Assembly: GCA_021432655.1 (NCBI GenBank)
Contig: MU271253.1
Coordinates: 62,001-120,084, forward strand
DNA from: Atractiella rhizophila
Taxonomy: Eukaryota
Direction: 5' to 3'
Length of the DNA: 58,084 nucleotides
Of this stretch, positions 1 through 12,574 are shown piece after piece (positions within the stretch are counted from its first letter, which is position 1; each line of letters opens with the position of its first letter). The notes under the pieces were generated by a model. That model saw only the letters and a list, made by a program, of their open reading frames with translations, had not been told where the DNA came from and made no database searches. Made by a program: the position numbers and the translations under genes.

Positions 1-2760
1 CGATTGACGAGCAACAAAAGAATATGTTCTCCTGCGACTACCAACGCATAGACCACAAGAACCAGCGGTACTGATACATGAGTTAGCCATGCCCAAGCTC
101 AGTGGACAAAGAACGCACTGAGCCAATTAGCATTCCACAGCTTGTATGGAATGAGGTCACTGCCATCCAACCTTAGGCGTTGATTTCCAATACTGAAAAG
201 CGCAAAAAGGAGCATTATGACCCCGACAGAAGTGACGATGCCTATTGATACCCATCCCCACACGTCACTAGGTAGTCGAGCGTTCAACCGCAACGCAGCA
301 ACACAAACCAAGAACCCGCCGGCAACAGGGAGTAGGAAAAGTGTCGGCTTGGCACTTTCGGTTAGTACGTCTAAGAGAAATTCTTGAACAATATCTGTCT
401 CGGTAGCAACCATCAGGCTTGGGCTCAGGAATGAGATAAAATGTAGGCTTGCCAGTAGTCAAAGTAGGAATGTTGTTAAGGATGCTTCGCTGTTCGAAAA
501 GTAGTTCGTCGTCCAAGTTAACCTTGAAGGATTCGAACGCTGGGACAATAATTGCAAGCAGAAACTTGAAAATTTCGCTTTCAAGTGCGGTGGCGGCCAC
601 CGTTGCATCTCCAGTGGTGGCAAGCGTGTCGTAAAACGTTGCATTCCAGGAATCCAACTAAAATGGGTCAGAAGTCCTGTGTTCTGTACAACCGGTGAAA
701 CTTACGGACGCTTTCCTGTGGGATCAACATTAGCAAGAAGGCATTGTAATATTTGACAAACCAATGTACCAACTGAACTTGTAATCCGCGAGTTGTTGAA
801 TGATATCTTGATTATCCCCACTGCCCAAATCGAAGGATTGTGGATCCGTAATAAAGATGTTTCCTTGTTCCCCAATTTTTGTGAACAAGTCATCAAGGAG
901 ACGTGCAACGTTCTATTCCTTAGCGTTACACAGCAAGGACAGTCGAAGTGAAATAGAACGTACAACTGCATTGAGCGAGCTCTGTATGGCTCTGAAACTG
1001 AATTACTTATCAGGTCGGGAAATTGCGTGAAAATAACTGACTAACAGGAAGACAATCGATATCTGTACGAAAAAATGCGCATATACCCACCAGATGGTTC
1101 GCAAGCGACCAGTCTGGATTTTCCGACCAAAGCCATCAAAGTAAATTGCCCTAACTCAGCATCTCACTTTCCCTGGAAGTAGTGCTTAGACATAGACGCA
1201 CCATACGCAGTACACGATGAGAAAAGAGCAAAGAAGCTGTTTTCCTGATATGGCTCCAAGCGATGGAAAATATCAATCGTTACTCACCTGGATGAAAGAT
1301 GAGGCGTCATAAGCTCCGCCACTCACGAGCAACTGAGCGACGCCAACGAGAGAGATCACAGATTCACCTGGGTCCGCAGATGAATCCCACCTTTACATAT
1401 TTTATGTGTAAGGGTGCTCCTCACCGAGAACAATTAGGGTAAAAAGGCCAATTCGCTCTCCTAGCCCTGTGTGCCGAAACCGAATATAGCCTCTGATCTG
1501 TGTTGCTATTACCTCAAATGCCATCTCAATGCCAATTCCGCCGAACCAGAGCGCTAATCGCCAGACCGCAAAGCTTTTGCTTCTTGGCTCCTTCGTCAGG
1601 AGAATGTATCCCGCAATCCAGCAACAGAGGGAGATTGTAGATGAAATAGCTGGGAGGAATGCTGCTTTCTGGATGTGCGGTGCGGCTCTGTGGACGTAAA
1701 ACTGCACTGGAAGTAGAGGTCGGTAAGAAAGATTACCAGCAGAATCTCGGAATCATACGACGCAGGTATTGTAAGATGAGCACGACGCGGGAGATAATAT
1801 AGACCACAGCCAGTGCCTGAAGTGCTCTTTTGGCATCAGCATAGTTTCCAGCGACTTCTGCTTGAGCTTCTTGCAAGCTTTCCCATCCAGAGGCTGAGAT
1901 CTCTTCCGGGGTTACACCCTGTATTGCCGTCAACAGACAGCACTAAGATAAGATAGGGCAACCGACTGAGAAGAAGGGGAATGTCAAGTCGATATTACCT
2001 GCATATGATCCTAAGGTCGCGAATAAGATGAGCTGGCAATCGCATGAGAAGTAGCTCGACAGGGAACAAAATCCAGAACCTGATAAATCTTGATGATGCG
2101 GCAGATAATATCAGACGTTTGGTACTTGATGTCATAAAGGATTTGTGAATTCCAGATCCACCAAATTGTGAGGAAGTAGCCTGCATACTTTATGAATTTG
2201 GATCGTGTGGAAGAAACATTCTCTCGCCTGCATAGTTCCCAATCTCTCTTTTCTTTGAGATTAAATGCCCATCATTGAAAGTGGCTAGGGAAGCCACCTA
2301 TGATTTCACATCAGTACCTCTGCGCGCGAGGTGTGAGGAAAGCTCACGAAGAAAAGATCTGTCAGGGCATCTGCACTGGACATGAGCGATCTTGGCGAAT
2401 TTCTGAAGTAAGAGTTACCAAGCCACGGTTCATCAGTGTAGATATCTTCCTCTTCGATGGTTTGTGATTCTTTCGTAACCAGTTGGCTGCCAGAACCATC
2501 TCCAACAAGATAGAAACCCTTAAAATGATTGTCTTTTTTTGCTCCCCTACCAAGATGTCAAAAGTCTGCAGGTTGAGCTCAGTGATATTGGAAGACGGAC
2601 TTAAAATCCGATAGAACTTCTTCCTTTCCGTCTGCTTCAAACGGGCTCTTCGAGAACTTCAAGGCTCGCTCGGCTCGCTCTCTTCGGAGCCCCTCGCTGT
2701 GATTATATCAGCACTCGTACTTTGGAACCCAGAGACTTCTTACTCAGTTCTCCACCACAT
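1..2760 (-). CDS. LtrA (low temperature requirement A)-like multi-pass membrane protein, copy 1; multi-exon, 3' end runs off the window
   Basis: Exons contain the LtrA-type motif 'LGERIGLFTLIVLGE' and many hydrophobic segments. Colinear exon by exon with 5804-8652. Predicted first exon is ATG TGG TGG AGA ACT GA|gtaag (MWWRTE), with TATATAAA about 50 nt upstream. Confidence 0.75.
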
Positions 2761-2808
2761 CGTAAACAAAGATGAAAAGATCCTGCTCGCAACCCCGTCT
2801 TGTCTCCC

Positions 2809-2816
2809 TTTATATA
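2809..2816 (-). promoter_or_regulatory. putative TATA box of LtrA-like copy 1
   Basis: TATATAAA on the minus strand about 50 nt upstream of the predicted ATG. The paralogue has a CATAAAA about 75 nt upstream of its ATG. Confidence 0.4.
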
Positions 2817-3719
2817 CGCGACCACCGCGCTGTCACGCCTGGGAGCAGCGGACTGACTGTTCATCGCACCATGGGAGATATCATCTCCAGGTATTCCCAG
2901 ACTGAATAATAACGCAAAGCAGCCTATAGTGACACACAAAGTACAGGAAGCAGACATTGTTGAACAGGACGCCGGCTTGGCGAAAATTGCCTCAACAGTT
3001 TACATTTTGCTTGATTGAACAAAACTCGGATTCAATACCTGGAACCAAGACGAAGAATGATGACCAGTCAGGTAGAAACAAGTCTGCAGCATGGAAGTTT
3101 TCTCGCAGGCAGAACAACATCACGGCCATGACTGCGCTGGCCACAGAGCATAATACAAGTTCTGTCAGCTGGTGCCGCAAAGCATCACATGCTATCGTGT
3201 AATGCGCATTGGAAAGATAGGAAGCCTGAGACAATAGAGATAATCCACAGCAACTGGTTAACAAAAACAACCATGAATGACATAAAGTCCTTGCGCAATT
3301 GCACGGAGCTCCATACATGTGTGCCGCAAGCAGCAGGCTTTCGGTTCGTCGAACCTTTTAGTGGATTCCTTGCGTCTCCCTTGTAGCGTAGCTTCGCTTT
3401 TAGAGTTTTTGTGTTGTGCAGCGCTTAGCTTGACTTTGACTTTGGCGCACCAAGGCACGTGTAGCTGACCTCCGACCGCTCGGCTCGGCTCCACCAAACA
3501 TGGCAGAAGAGCAAAGGGCGGTTATGAAGTCAGAGTGAGCTGAAGAGCAGATTTGTTGGAGGGTCCAATACGATTCGGTAGCCATCCCTAGAATATATTC
3601 CACGTGTCTGCACACGGCCCAAAAGTCGAAGGCGTGGCGTCCATCGAACTTCCTCACTTCACGTGGGAAGTCTTCTTGATTGTGTTACTGTAGCAACTAC
3701 GAGGTCCCAAATTTCTCAA

Positions 3720-4938
3720 ATGCCTCAAAGTTTCCCATCTGAGATTATTTCTCGCATTCTTTCTGAGAACGAGCAACAAATCAATGTTTCCTGGTCACTC
3801 ATGTGTGATTCTCTCTGCATCTTGCCTGGGAACTAAGACTATATTGTAGTGCTCGAAGTTGGACCTACGAAGTTCGACAGGTTTTCTTTCGCAATGTGAC
3901 CCCTGCATACACAAAGCACAAGCAGTGCCTATCAGCCTTCCGTAAAGGCATTCAAGCGTGCATGCAAAACAGAAGCGTTCTGGTGTACAATCTTTCACAA
4001 TCATTTGTCGGCACCCTTTCCCGAACGAGCTGCACGGAACAATGTGGGAGCAGGTGATAAGAAATATTGTCAAGTATTGGAGTCAGACGACGTGCTGGGA
4101 CTTGATCTCTCTCGAGGACTATCCGAGGAAACTGTCCGCACTCAGAAACGTTTCTATTTTCCGTCACTCAAGGGCTTTATGTTGTACGACAGAGAACGTC
4201 CTCGCACCATTTCGGACGCTCGATTCTTTCGCCATCAGTGACGATACCTTCTTCCCTCTGTTTCCCGGATGCATCGCTGTCTTCAACAGCCTTACTTTGA
4301 AAAGCTTCAACGTTGCAATGCGCCGACGGTTCTTCTTCCAGGAATTGAAAGAAAAGCTAGAGCTTTCTTCATTGCAAACTCTCAGTTTCAATTACAATAC
4401 CAGCGGCTATGATCGGCACTTCCACTTTCCCAATGACTTCGAGAGCCTTTTAACCTGTACACCATCTATCCAAGAGTTGAAGGTTGGCTACTTTTCGGTC
4501 AGGACACTTCCGGTGCTCGATAATGTACCTGTCATTCTAAGCCTCAAGCTTCTCTCCCTTCGGAGCTTTATCTGTCCAGAAGAGGCCCTCAACGAGCTCA
4601 TTTCCTCTTGCAAAGTTTTGGAATCTCTCGCTTTGAACGAGGTGCAGTGGACCACAAGGCTGTTTTCTCACATGCCAGGTTCTTTACACTCTATCAGCTT
4701 GTCGATTCTAAATACTTCCTCTGTAACACCATCATAGATTCAATGTGCAATGCTTGATACGGTGGCAGGCACTTGGGCACATGTACCTCGCCTTGCGAAC
4801 TTCGAGTTTGAGGCGAATCTCGAAGTTATGTTACCACAGGCATTATGGGACGACGGAACATGTACAAATTTGGAAATGAACTTAAAGAATAGCAGGAAGG
4901 GGTGTAATATCAAGTTTCACCGCAAAACCTGGCGCTAG
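3720..4938 (+). CDS. F-box-like / LRR (RNI-like) domain protein, multi-exon
   Basis: N-terminus MPQSFPSEIISRIL resembles the F-box start (LP.EI...I). The 259-aa ORF has LRR-like repeats (LQTLSF, IQELKV, LKLLSL, LESLAL, LHSISL). Confidence 0.55.
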
Positions 4939-5803
4939 ACGTTCTCAACATTGGATCGTTATTCACCTCCTCCATACACTATCAACAGCATCCACAACTC
5001 AGTATTGACGAATCAAGTTCCACTCGAATGTTTTTACTAGTATCGAATGTTCTTGGAATGCATTTCAAAAGGCAAGGCATGTGTCCAGTATTACCCACAA
5101 TTGTGGTTCTCAAGCCTCTTGTTTGAGTCCTTCCCCAAGGATCAGCACAACCAACGTAATACTTAATCAATGCCTTTTTGTTCATGACGCATTGGAGAGT
5201 AAGCGATATCATCAGATTGTGTTCTAGACGAATCCTCCCTATCATCATTCCCGCCAGATATCAGGGTGATACCTAGTGGAAAAACCGGCTCAGTGGCGAC
5301 AACCCTGCAGCCGTAGCTGTCGACCAGGTCGTGCGAATTTGGGGACGCAGCAGCGAGATTGCATATCTTGTACCTCTTGGTCCGGGGATTGCACGGGCTG
5401 TGAAGAAGTGTCACACTAGGGATGATCGACGATCTAGAACAGAGTTGAAAGGGTCGTGGATTGCTCAAAGGTCTCAAATAACGTGAAGGTCAAGATGAAA
5501 GACAGTGGGAGGGTGAATTGAGAGGAGTGGCGCGATAGGAAAGATGGAAGAATGGAGAGGTGGAGGGTATTTCGATGAAGCAAGACTCTAATGGTTCTAA
5601 CGTGATGAGATAAAAAAGCGCCTTCGGATATTCGTCTTTGCAATTGTGACAGCGGAGCTCCAGGTCGTTTGGCAATAGAGAAGTCACAGATTCAACAAGT
5701 AAATTTATCCGTAATGTGGATCCAACGAATGGAGAGCAAAAAATCGAACGACTCCTAAGAAGGTATGGTAGCTGAGTTGCAGAACGAAGACTGACGTATT
5801 ATT

Positions 5804-8652
5804 TCAGGACAAATGGTATTCCCCTTGCGTCCCCATATCGTATTGGCTGTCATTCCGGCTACTGTCCATCATGGGTCGAACTTCTGAATCGGCTTTCCTG
5901 TATCGTTTCTTAGCAAAAAGTAGAATGATCTGCTCGCCGATAACGATCAAGGCGTAGACGATAAGGACGAGGGGGACTAGGACAGGTTTAATGAGATTCC
6001 AGCTTTGTTATACAGGGAAACTCACTAAGCCAATTAACCTCAAGAAGCTTATAGGGAACAAGCGTGTTTCCACCATCAATGTTAACTCGCTGCTGGCCGA
6101 TGTTGAAAAATGCAAACAACAGGAGGATCGTTCCAACGGAAAGCAAGATGCCCATTGAGATCCACGCCCACACATCGCTCGGTAATCGCGTGTTCAATCG
6201 CATCACAGCAACCGAAAGCAAGAACCCTCCAGCAACAGGAAGGAGAAAGAGAGTCGGTTTAAAACTTTCAGTGAACACATCAGCTATGAAATCAGTAGCT
6301 ATTTCTGTGCTCAATGAGGTCAGTACAGTGGCAAAAGATTCGATGGAGACTTACCTTCAGTCAAGTTAGCAACATTGTTAACAATACCTCTTTCCTTGTA
6401 AAGCAGCTCATCATCTAAATCGATTTTGAAAGACTCAAAAGCAGCCACGACGATACGAAGAAAAGTCCTGAAGATTTCACTTGTGAAAGCCGATGTGATA
6501 GTTTGTTCGTCTCCAGTGGCGGCAGAATCGTAGACGGTCGTATTCCATGAATCAAGCTAAGAACTTGTCAAGAGGTTTATCGCATTCCAGTGCTCCCTTA
6601 CCTCTCCAGTCCTGTCTACACGTTAGCGTGAAGTGATATGTACAAGAAATAACGCACCAACTGAACTTATAATCGCCAAGCTGTTGAGTGATCTCTTTGT
6701 TGTCCGCATTGTTCAGATCAAATGATTGCGGATCTGTGAGAAAGATAGTGCCTTGTTCAAGGATTTTCCCCAGAAGGTTCCCCAGGAGGGTTGTAACATT
6801 CTATAGTTCATGTTAAAGAGTAACTCTCCAGCGTGCTAGAGGGAACAAACTCACAACAGTGTTCAAGGAGCTACGTATGGCGCTAAAGCTGTACCAGAGT
6901 TATTATAAAATCTAGGCTCTGAGCAGGCTACTCACAGGAAAACAATCGAGATCTGGACAAAGTAGTGAACGTACACCCACCAGATGGTTCGCAGGCGGCC
7001 GGTTTGTATTTTGCGTCCGAATCCATCGAAATAAATTGCCCTGTATTGCCGTTATTATGCAGCTATAGTTATTAGTCGCATCAAGGAACTCACCAAACGC
7101 AATAAACAACGAGGAAAGAGCAGAGGAGCTTTTTCCAGTCAATATTTATGACGTTTAATGCTGCGTCCGCTCACCTGAATGAAAGATGAAGCTGTATAAC
7201 CTCCACTACCGACTACCAATTGAGCCACTCCAACGAGGGAAATTACCGACTCCCCTGGCTCAAAGATGACTTTCTGACCGCTTGCGCAAAAACGGACGAA
7301 CCGAGGATAATGAGGGTAAACAGTCCAATTCGCTCCCCCAGTCCCGTTCGTCCAAAGCGTACATAACCCCTGATTTGAGTGGCGACTACCTCGAACGCCA
7401 ATTCGATCCCGATGCCGCCAAACCAGAGGACTAGCCTTGCAATGGCGAGGCTCTTGTTAGCCGGAGACTTTGTCAACAGAACGTAGCCCACAACCCAGCA
7501 GACGAGAGATAGTATCGAGGAGATCACAGGAAGGAATGCGGCTTTCTGAATGTGCGGCGCAGCCTTGTACACATAAAATTGCACTAATTGTATTGAGTTT
7601 CTGCAAAATGAGGGAATGCAACGACTTACATCGCAAGTACTGAAGAACCAATACAACCCGCGAGATTATGTAGACGATGGCTAAAGCTTGCAGTGCATTC
7701 TTCGTATCCGCGTCCTTCGCGTCAACCTCCACCTGGGCTTCCTGTAACGTCTCCCACCCAGACGCTTCGATCTCTTGTGGAGTCACATCCTGTCTCTCAT
7801 GAGCTAACGTTGCGGCAAGTGAGAGAAGTAACAGACTGAGGAAAGGGGGAAGGTTAAGTCGACGTTTTCGGTATAGGATCCTAAAGTTGCGAAGAGAACA
7901 AGCTAGTAATGGCATACGTAAGCCGAACTTTGACCGGATGTGGAGGAATGCAAACCTGATAAATTTTGATAATACGGCAGAGTATGTCAGAAGTTTGGTA
8001 CTTGATATCGTATAGAATCTGGGAATTCCAAATCCACCAGATCACGAGAAAATAGCCTGTCGCCACCGATGTCATTCAGCCCCTTTCTAAACAGCAGAAA
8101 TATTCGCACCAGAATAGGACACCAACGATTTGGGACTTTCTAACTCATGGGATTCGTTATAAGTACTTAATGCGGAAACCTTTTCGTTGAATAAGCTGAT
8201 CAGCATCAGACACCTTGAAGAGGACAATACAAAGAAGAGATCGGTGAGAGCATCTGCCAGACCAATTTGAGTGAGCACTGCATGGATGAGGAAATGAGCT
8301 GTACCAAGCCAAGGCTCATCGGTATAAATGTCTTCCTCCTCAATCGTTTCTGATTCCCCACTCTTCGAAGTCGGCTGGCTATTGGTTCTGTTAAGAAAAC
8401 CCCTCGAGCGATCCTGCTTTTCTGCTCCCCTGTCACAGGGATCAGTTGTTTTATCGACACAACCATGAACGGTAGAAAGACACACTTGAAATCAGATAAA
8501 ATTTCCTCCTTCCCTTCTGTTTCGAAAGGACTCTTCGAGAATGTCAAGGCGCGCTCGAAACGCTCTCTTCGAAGACCATCGCTTAGGACATGTCGGCATT
8601 AGCCTTTGACTGGAAAAGATGTTTACAAGACTCACTCTGTTTTCCACCACAT
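5804..8652 (-). CDS. LtrA-like multi-pass membrane protein, copy 2
   Basis: Contains 'EPWL...TDLFFV' and 'LGERIGLFTLIILG' motifs and many TM segments. First exon is MWWKTE|gtgag. Last exon VPLVLIVYALIVIGEQIILLFAKKRY... ends with TGA at 5804. Paralogue of 1-2760. Confidence 0.8.
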
Positions 8653-9831
8653 ATCGAAATAGAAAATGCAAAAAAGTAAACACAATTCTCCAAGAGAACC
8701 TCGCTTATGCTTCCGTCCCCGTCCCCTTTTATGCAATAATAAGGGACTGCAGACGCTTGTCAGAAGGACCAATGCGAACTTGCAGCCGTACATAAACTCC
8801 AGGTATACCCAGAAAAATTCCAGCTCCAAGCTGGCACTAACATGTGCATCTTGACCCGAAATAAAGTAACAATACACCAAACTACGGAGTCAACTCGGAC
8901 AACGGGATTATCTGCATAACAGCCATCACAGCTTCCTCGCGAGCGTTTGCTTTCTATGTGCTGAAACAAATGGAGGACATCGGAAAACTCCGGAGTGCGA
9001 AAAAGGACTGCGTGCTATTGGGATCTGGTACACAACTTTCCCGCCTCAGGACCAAATCCTAGGGAGCTGTAAGGCGCTGTTAAAAGCACAATACATACAT
9101 GTGATATTTCAAGAACGCCTTCGGAAGCATCCAACTTGGGTGGTGAACAACAGAGCTCCTAAGGGTTGAGATACATGAAAATTTGTAGAATTAACGGCCG
9201 ATATGCCATTTGCGAGAGCTACTTATGTAAGAGCGACACGACGCACATTACAGCTGGCTTGGTCAAATAATAGCATAGACCTGGGTAATCATAAAGGTAC
9301 AGAGGATATTCAATCCCTTGCTGTGGACGAATATTGTATGAACGCTGGCAGCCATTGGACTTCAAGTAAGGTGGCAGTATGGTGATTTCTCATCACAGTG
9401 TAGCGCTGTTCCAAAGGCACTGCTTCTAAACAGTTGTGGATGTATGCGCCCGGGACCCAGCATGAGAGAGCACCCGCGCGAGAAGAAAGCTTAGTAAAAT
9501 GACACTCACATACTTAGCATGAGTTCAGTTGTTGCACCCTGCCCAGCATTTTACATGGCCAGTTGTCGGCCACATCTCATCCTATCCACCACACGCCGGA
9601 AAGAATAACAATTACAATATGAATCATGGGGAATAAATCCGCCCGCCAGTTGCGTGAGACGCATTTTGCTTTTGTTCCTGATCAATCTATCACTTTTGAG
9701 AATAAATTTACTTGATTTTCGAGCGTGTACAATCCTCACACGGTGTGATCTGATCGCAACTCAAGACATTGAACTGAAAATACACGCATAGTCATTCTGA
9801 AATGGTGCACAATGAGGGATGTCAATTCAAC

Positions 9832-12420
9832 CTAATCCGTTTTGATCTTCTCTCTCCTCCTCTCCCAGCTGAACCAAACAGCGCCAACTCCCGCAGCTGT
9901 GAAGAGATAGCACATAATTGGACCTCCTATGAAATAGCACGATGTCGCTACAATCGGACCTAAAGCCCGTCCAAGCTGGCCCGCAGATCGGAAACGGCCT
10001 AACCAAAGGCCCCTGGGTAGTTTGTCTTCTCCTTTGACAGATGTGTCATCCTCCTCGTCTGTCTGTACGCTCGCTAGACTGGTAAGACTGTTAACCACGG
10101 TTGCGCTTGTGAACGCTAGCCCGACCGCGGAGGAATACAGAAGGAGGGTAGCAACGGGATTGATAAACTGGCCGTGGAGCTGGTAGCGGTCCTCGTCGGC
10201 GATGGAGAAGTAGGGAAGGAGGGTGAGGAGCAGGAGTGAGAGGAAGCACGCGGTAATACCGTTTCGTGCCAGTGTAAAGGACGCTTCAGGATTGTTCTTA
10301 GTCACTCGGCGAACATATCCCCCTTGTAGTAAAGCGGAAAGCTTGTTTAAAAGGCAATTAGTGAGGTCAATCAGACGTTAAAAAACCCACAATGCCAATG
10401 AAGCCAAGTAACATGCCATTTTGGACGTTAGAATAGTTGAATATGTCGAAGGTAAGAAAGGTGAGCGTGTATTCCGCACCTACAGCTTTAATCAGCCAAG
10501 TCCTTGCCAGAAAAGTCTCAGCTGACCAGAGAAGAAAAAGAGGAATCCGGCGTGTTGACGCTCCAACACCTTGAGCCGAGCTCTCCGCTCGACAGCGGTC
10601 TTCCTATCGGTTCTCACCTCCTTCTTCTCATCTGCATCTTCCTTCTTCGTCTCCTTTTTCGTCCACCGCGTCTCCGGGAGCCAAAGTGCAATTCCTAAAG
10701 TTTCGACGACGAGGAGTACGAGAGTGATAAGGGCTGGTACGGCGTAAATGTTGAGAGAAAATCCTTTGTACTCCTGTCTTCCAGGTTCGGGCAGCCGCGG
10801 CATTCTCGTGGTCGCAAAATTGGGATTGAGATAGTAGTAACTTGGCTTATAGAAGTTCTTTTTCGAAAGCCAGGCTCCAAGCGAAGGTCCGATTGTGAAC
10901 GCAATGCTGAAAGCAAGCCCAATGAGTGCCAATGATCGCGCTCTCCGCGCTGGGGAGACGACATCGCTGATTATCGCTACGCTTAGTTGGACGTTTCCCT
11001 CACTCAAACCCCCTATTATCCTGCTGACTGACCTGCGTGTTAGCTTCATCGAGGGTGGGGACAGGCACTTACGAAGGTAAGTTTCAAAATTCGTGCTAAA
11101 GACCCAAACCACGGCAGACGCAATGTTTCCCAGCATTGTAGCCAGAAGGACCGGTTTACGGCCAAAGCGATCGGAGAGTCGTCCCAGGAATGGAGAAATA
11201 ATGAATTGGCAGAAAGAAAAGAGGGAGCCCATCAGACCTCCCAACAGGACGACATCTTGCGCATGCGCAGTCGTGAGAATGGGAGCGGATTGAGGAGTTG
11301 AGGGGGAGCGAAAGGAGAGTAATGTTGATCGGAAGGCGCCAACTTGATTGAGGAGGAAAACGAGAATTGTGTTGGGCTATAAGAAGCAACAATGAGTATT
11401 TTGCTCGGGATATAATCGCAACAAGGTGACGCTGGAAAGTACGGCATCGGAGGAGAGTTGAGGCATGCGGCAAAAATGATATCAGAAGAAGCATTATACT
11501 AATCAGATCATCCTGCTGTTCCACATGCGAAAGCACGAAGTCCAAACCCTCTCAATCACAGAGAGACCTTTCAAATCGAAAATTGTAATTACAGCATAAG
11601 CGAGACATGCACTGGTCATACGAGAGCAGAAGCTTGGTTTATCCTCTCCATCTGTACTTCATGCTCAGACCTGAAGAATCAAATTGAAAGGCACGCAGTT
11701 CTGCTATAGAAAATGCTGTTTGGTCAATGCAGAGCTTCTCAATATCACTCCTCAATCAAAAGACCTTAAGACGCTTTGAACCATACACAAAACGAGTGAG
11801 TAAGAAGCCGAAGCATTGATCACTCAATCGACAAAAAAGGCAGGCCGTTCTTCAGGTTTACGAGCAGAAGGTTTCTTGCAGGAGCGTGCATGAACCGAGC
11901 AGCCCATGTCCAACTGAAGAGGCAGCAAGTCCCACTGGTAGAAGCCAATACAAACTCTACACCATTTTGCTAATGAAGCAACTTTCATCCTGGTGCTCAG
12001 ACACCCGATATGCAAGGACGCAAGGGACAACGACCCAATCAACAGTTTCAAAGAGTACTACAAGCAATCAATAAACTAAAGGTGCATGAAAGCCTCGTCA
12101 ACGAGCCTCCAGTGTTGTTAATTTCGAAGCAGTATACAAGACTCTCAGAGAAAACGCTATGAAAGTGCACCCATTGGCTTCTGGACTACATTCGCCACCG
12201 TACTTCCAGTGTTGACTCCCCACCCCCTCTTCTATCCAATACTTCAAAAAACGCTCACCTGTGCCCCAACCTCGCGCTTGACACCTTTCTGTCTGCCTTT
12301 GCCATCTTTGATTTCCTGGAGAATGAAGCCCTCAATAAGCCTCGGAAAAAGCGGTAGCGGGATGGTGAAAGCAAGAAGATCAAGGAGGAGGGAGAGGAAA
12401 ACAAGTATGGGGACTTCCAT
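9832..12420 (-). CDS. MFS transporter, MFSD10/tetracycline-efflux-like
   Basis: Motifs 'LLLDLLAFTIPLPLFP', 'GGLMGSLFSFCQFIISPFLGRLSDRFGRK' (MFS motif A), 'GGLSEGNVQLSVAIISD' and 'GRFRSAGQLGRALGP'. First intron is about 880 nt. Confidence 0.9.
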
Positions 12421-12574
12421 CCTGACAAGGTCAATTTCTGAGAGTAACACGTCGTTGGAGAATGCTCTTCCAGATGCGAAGCACGTGATTTGAAAGGCGC
12501 GTCATTTACCACCACCAACGAATTGCTCCGACTCGCTCAGACTACGCTTTCAGCTATCCAACGATAAGGGGATC

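Noticed and set aside
4982..5690. Short overlapping minus-strand ORFs
   Set aside because: No coherent gene model; the region lies between the convergent 3' ends of two genes.
12090..12160. TPP riboswitch in the MFS intron (CTGAGA on the sense strand)
   Set aside because: The downstream conserved core (CTTGAT...TAAT...GCG.A.G) is absent.
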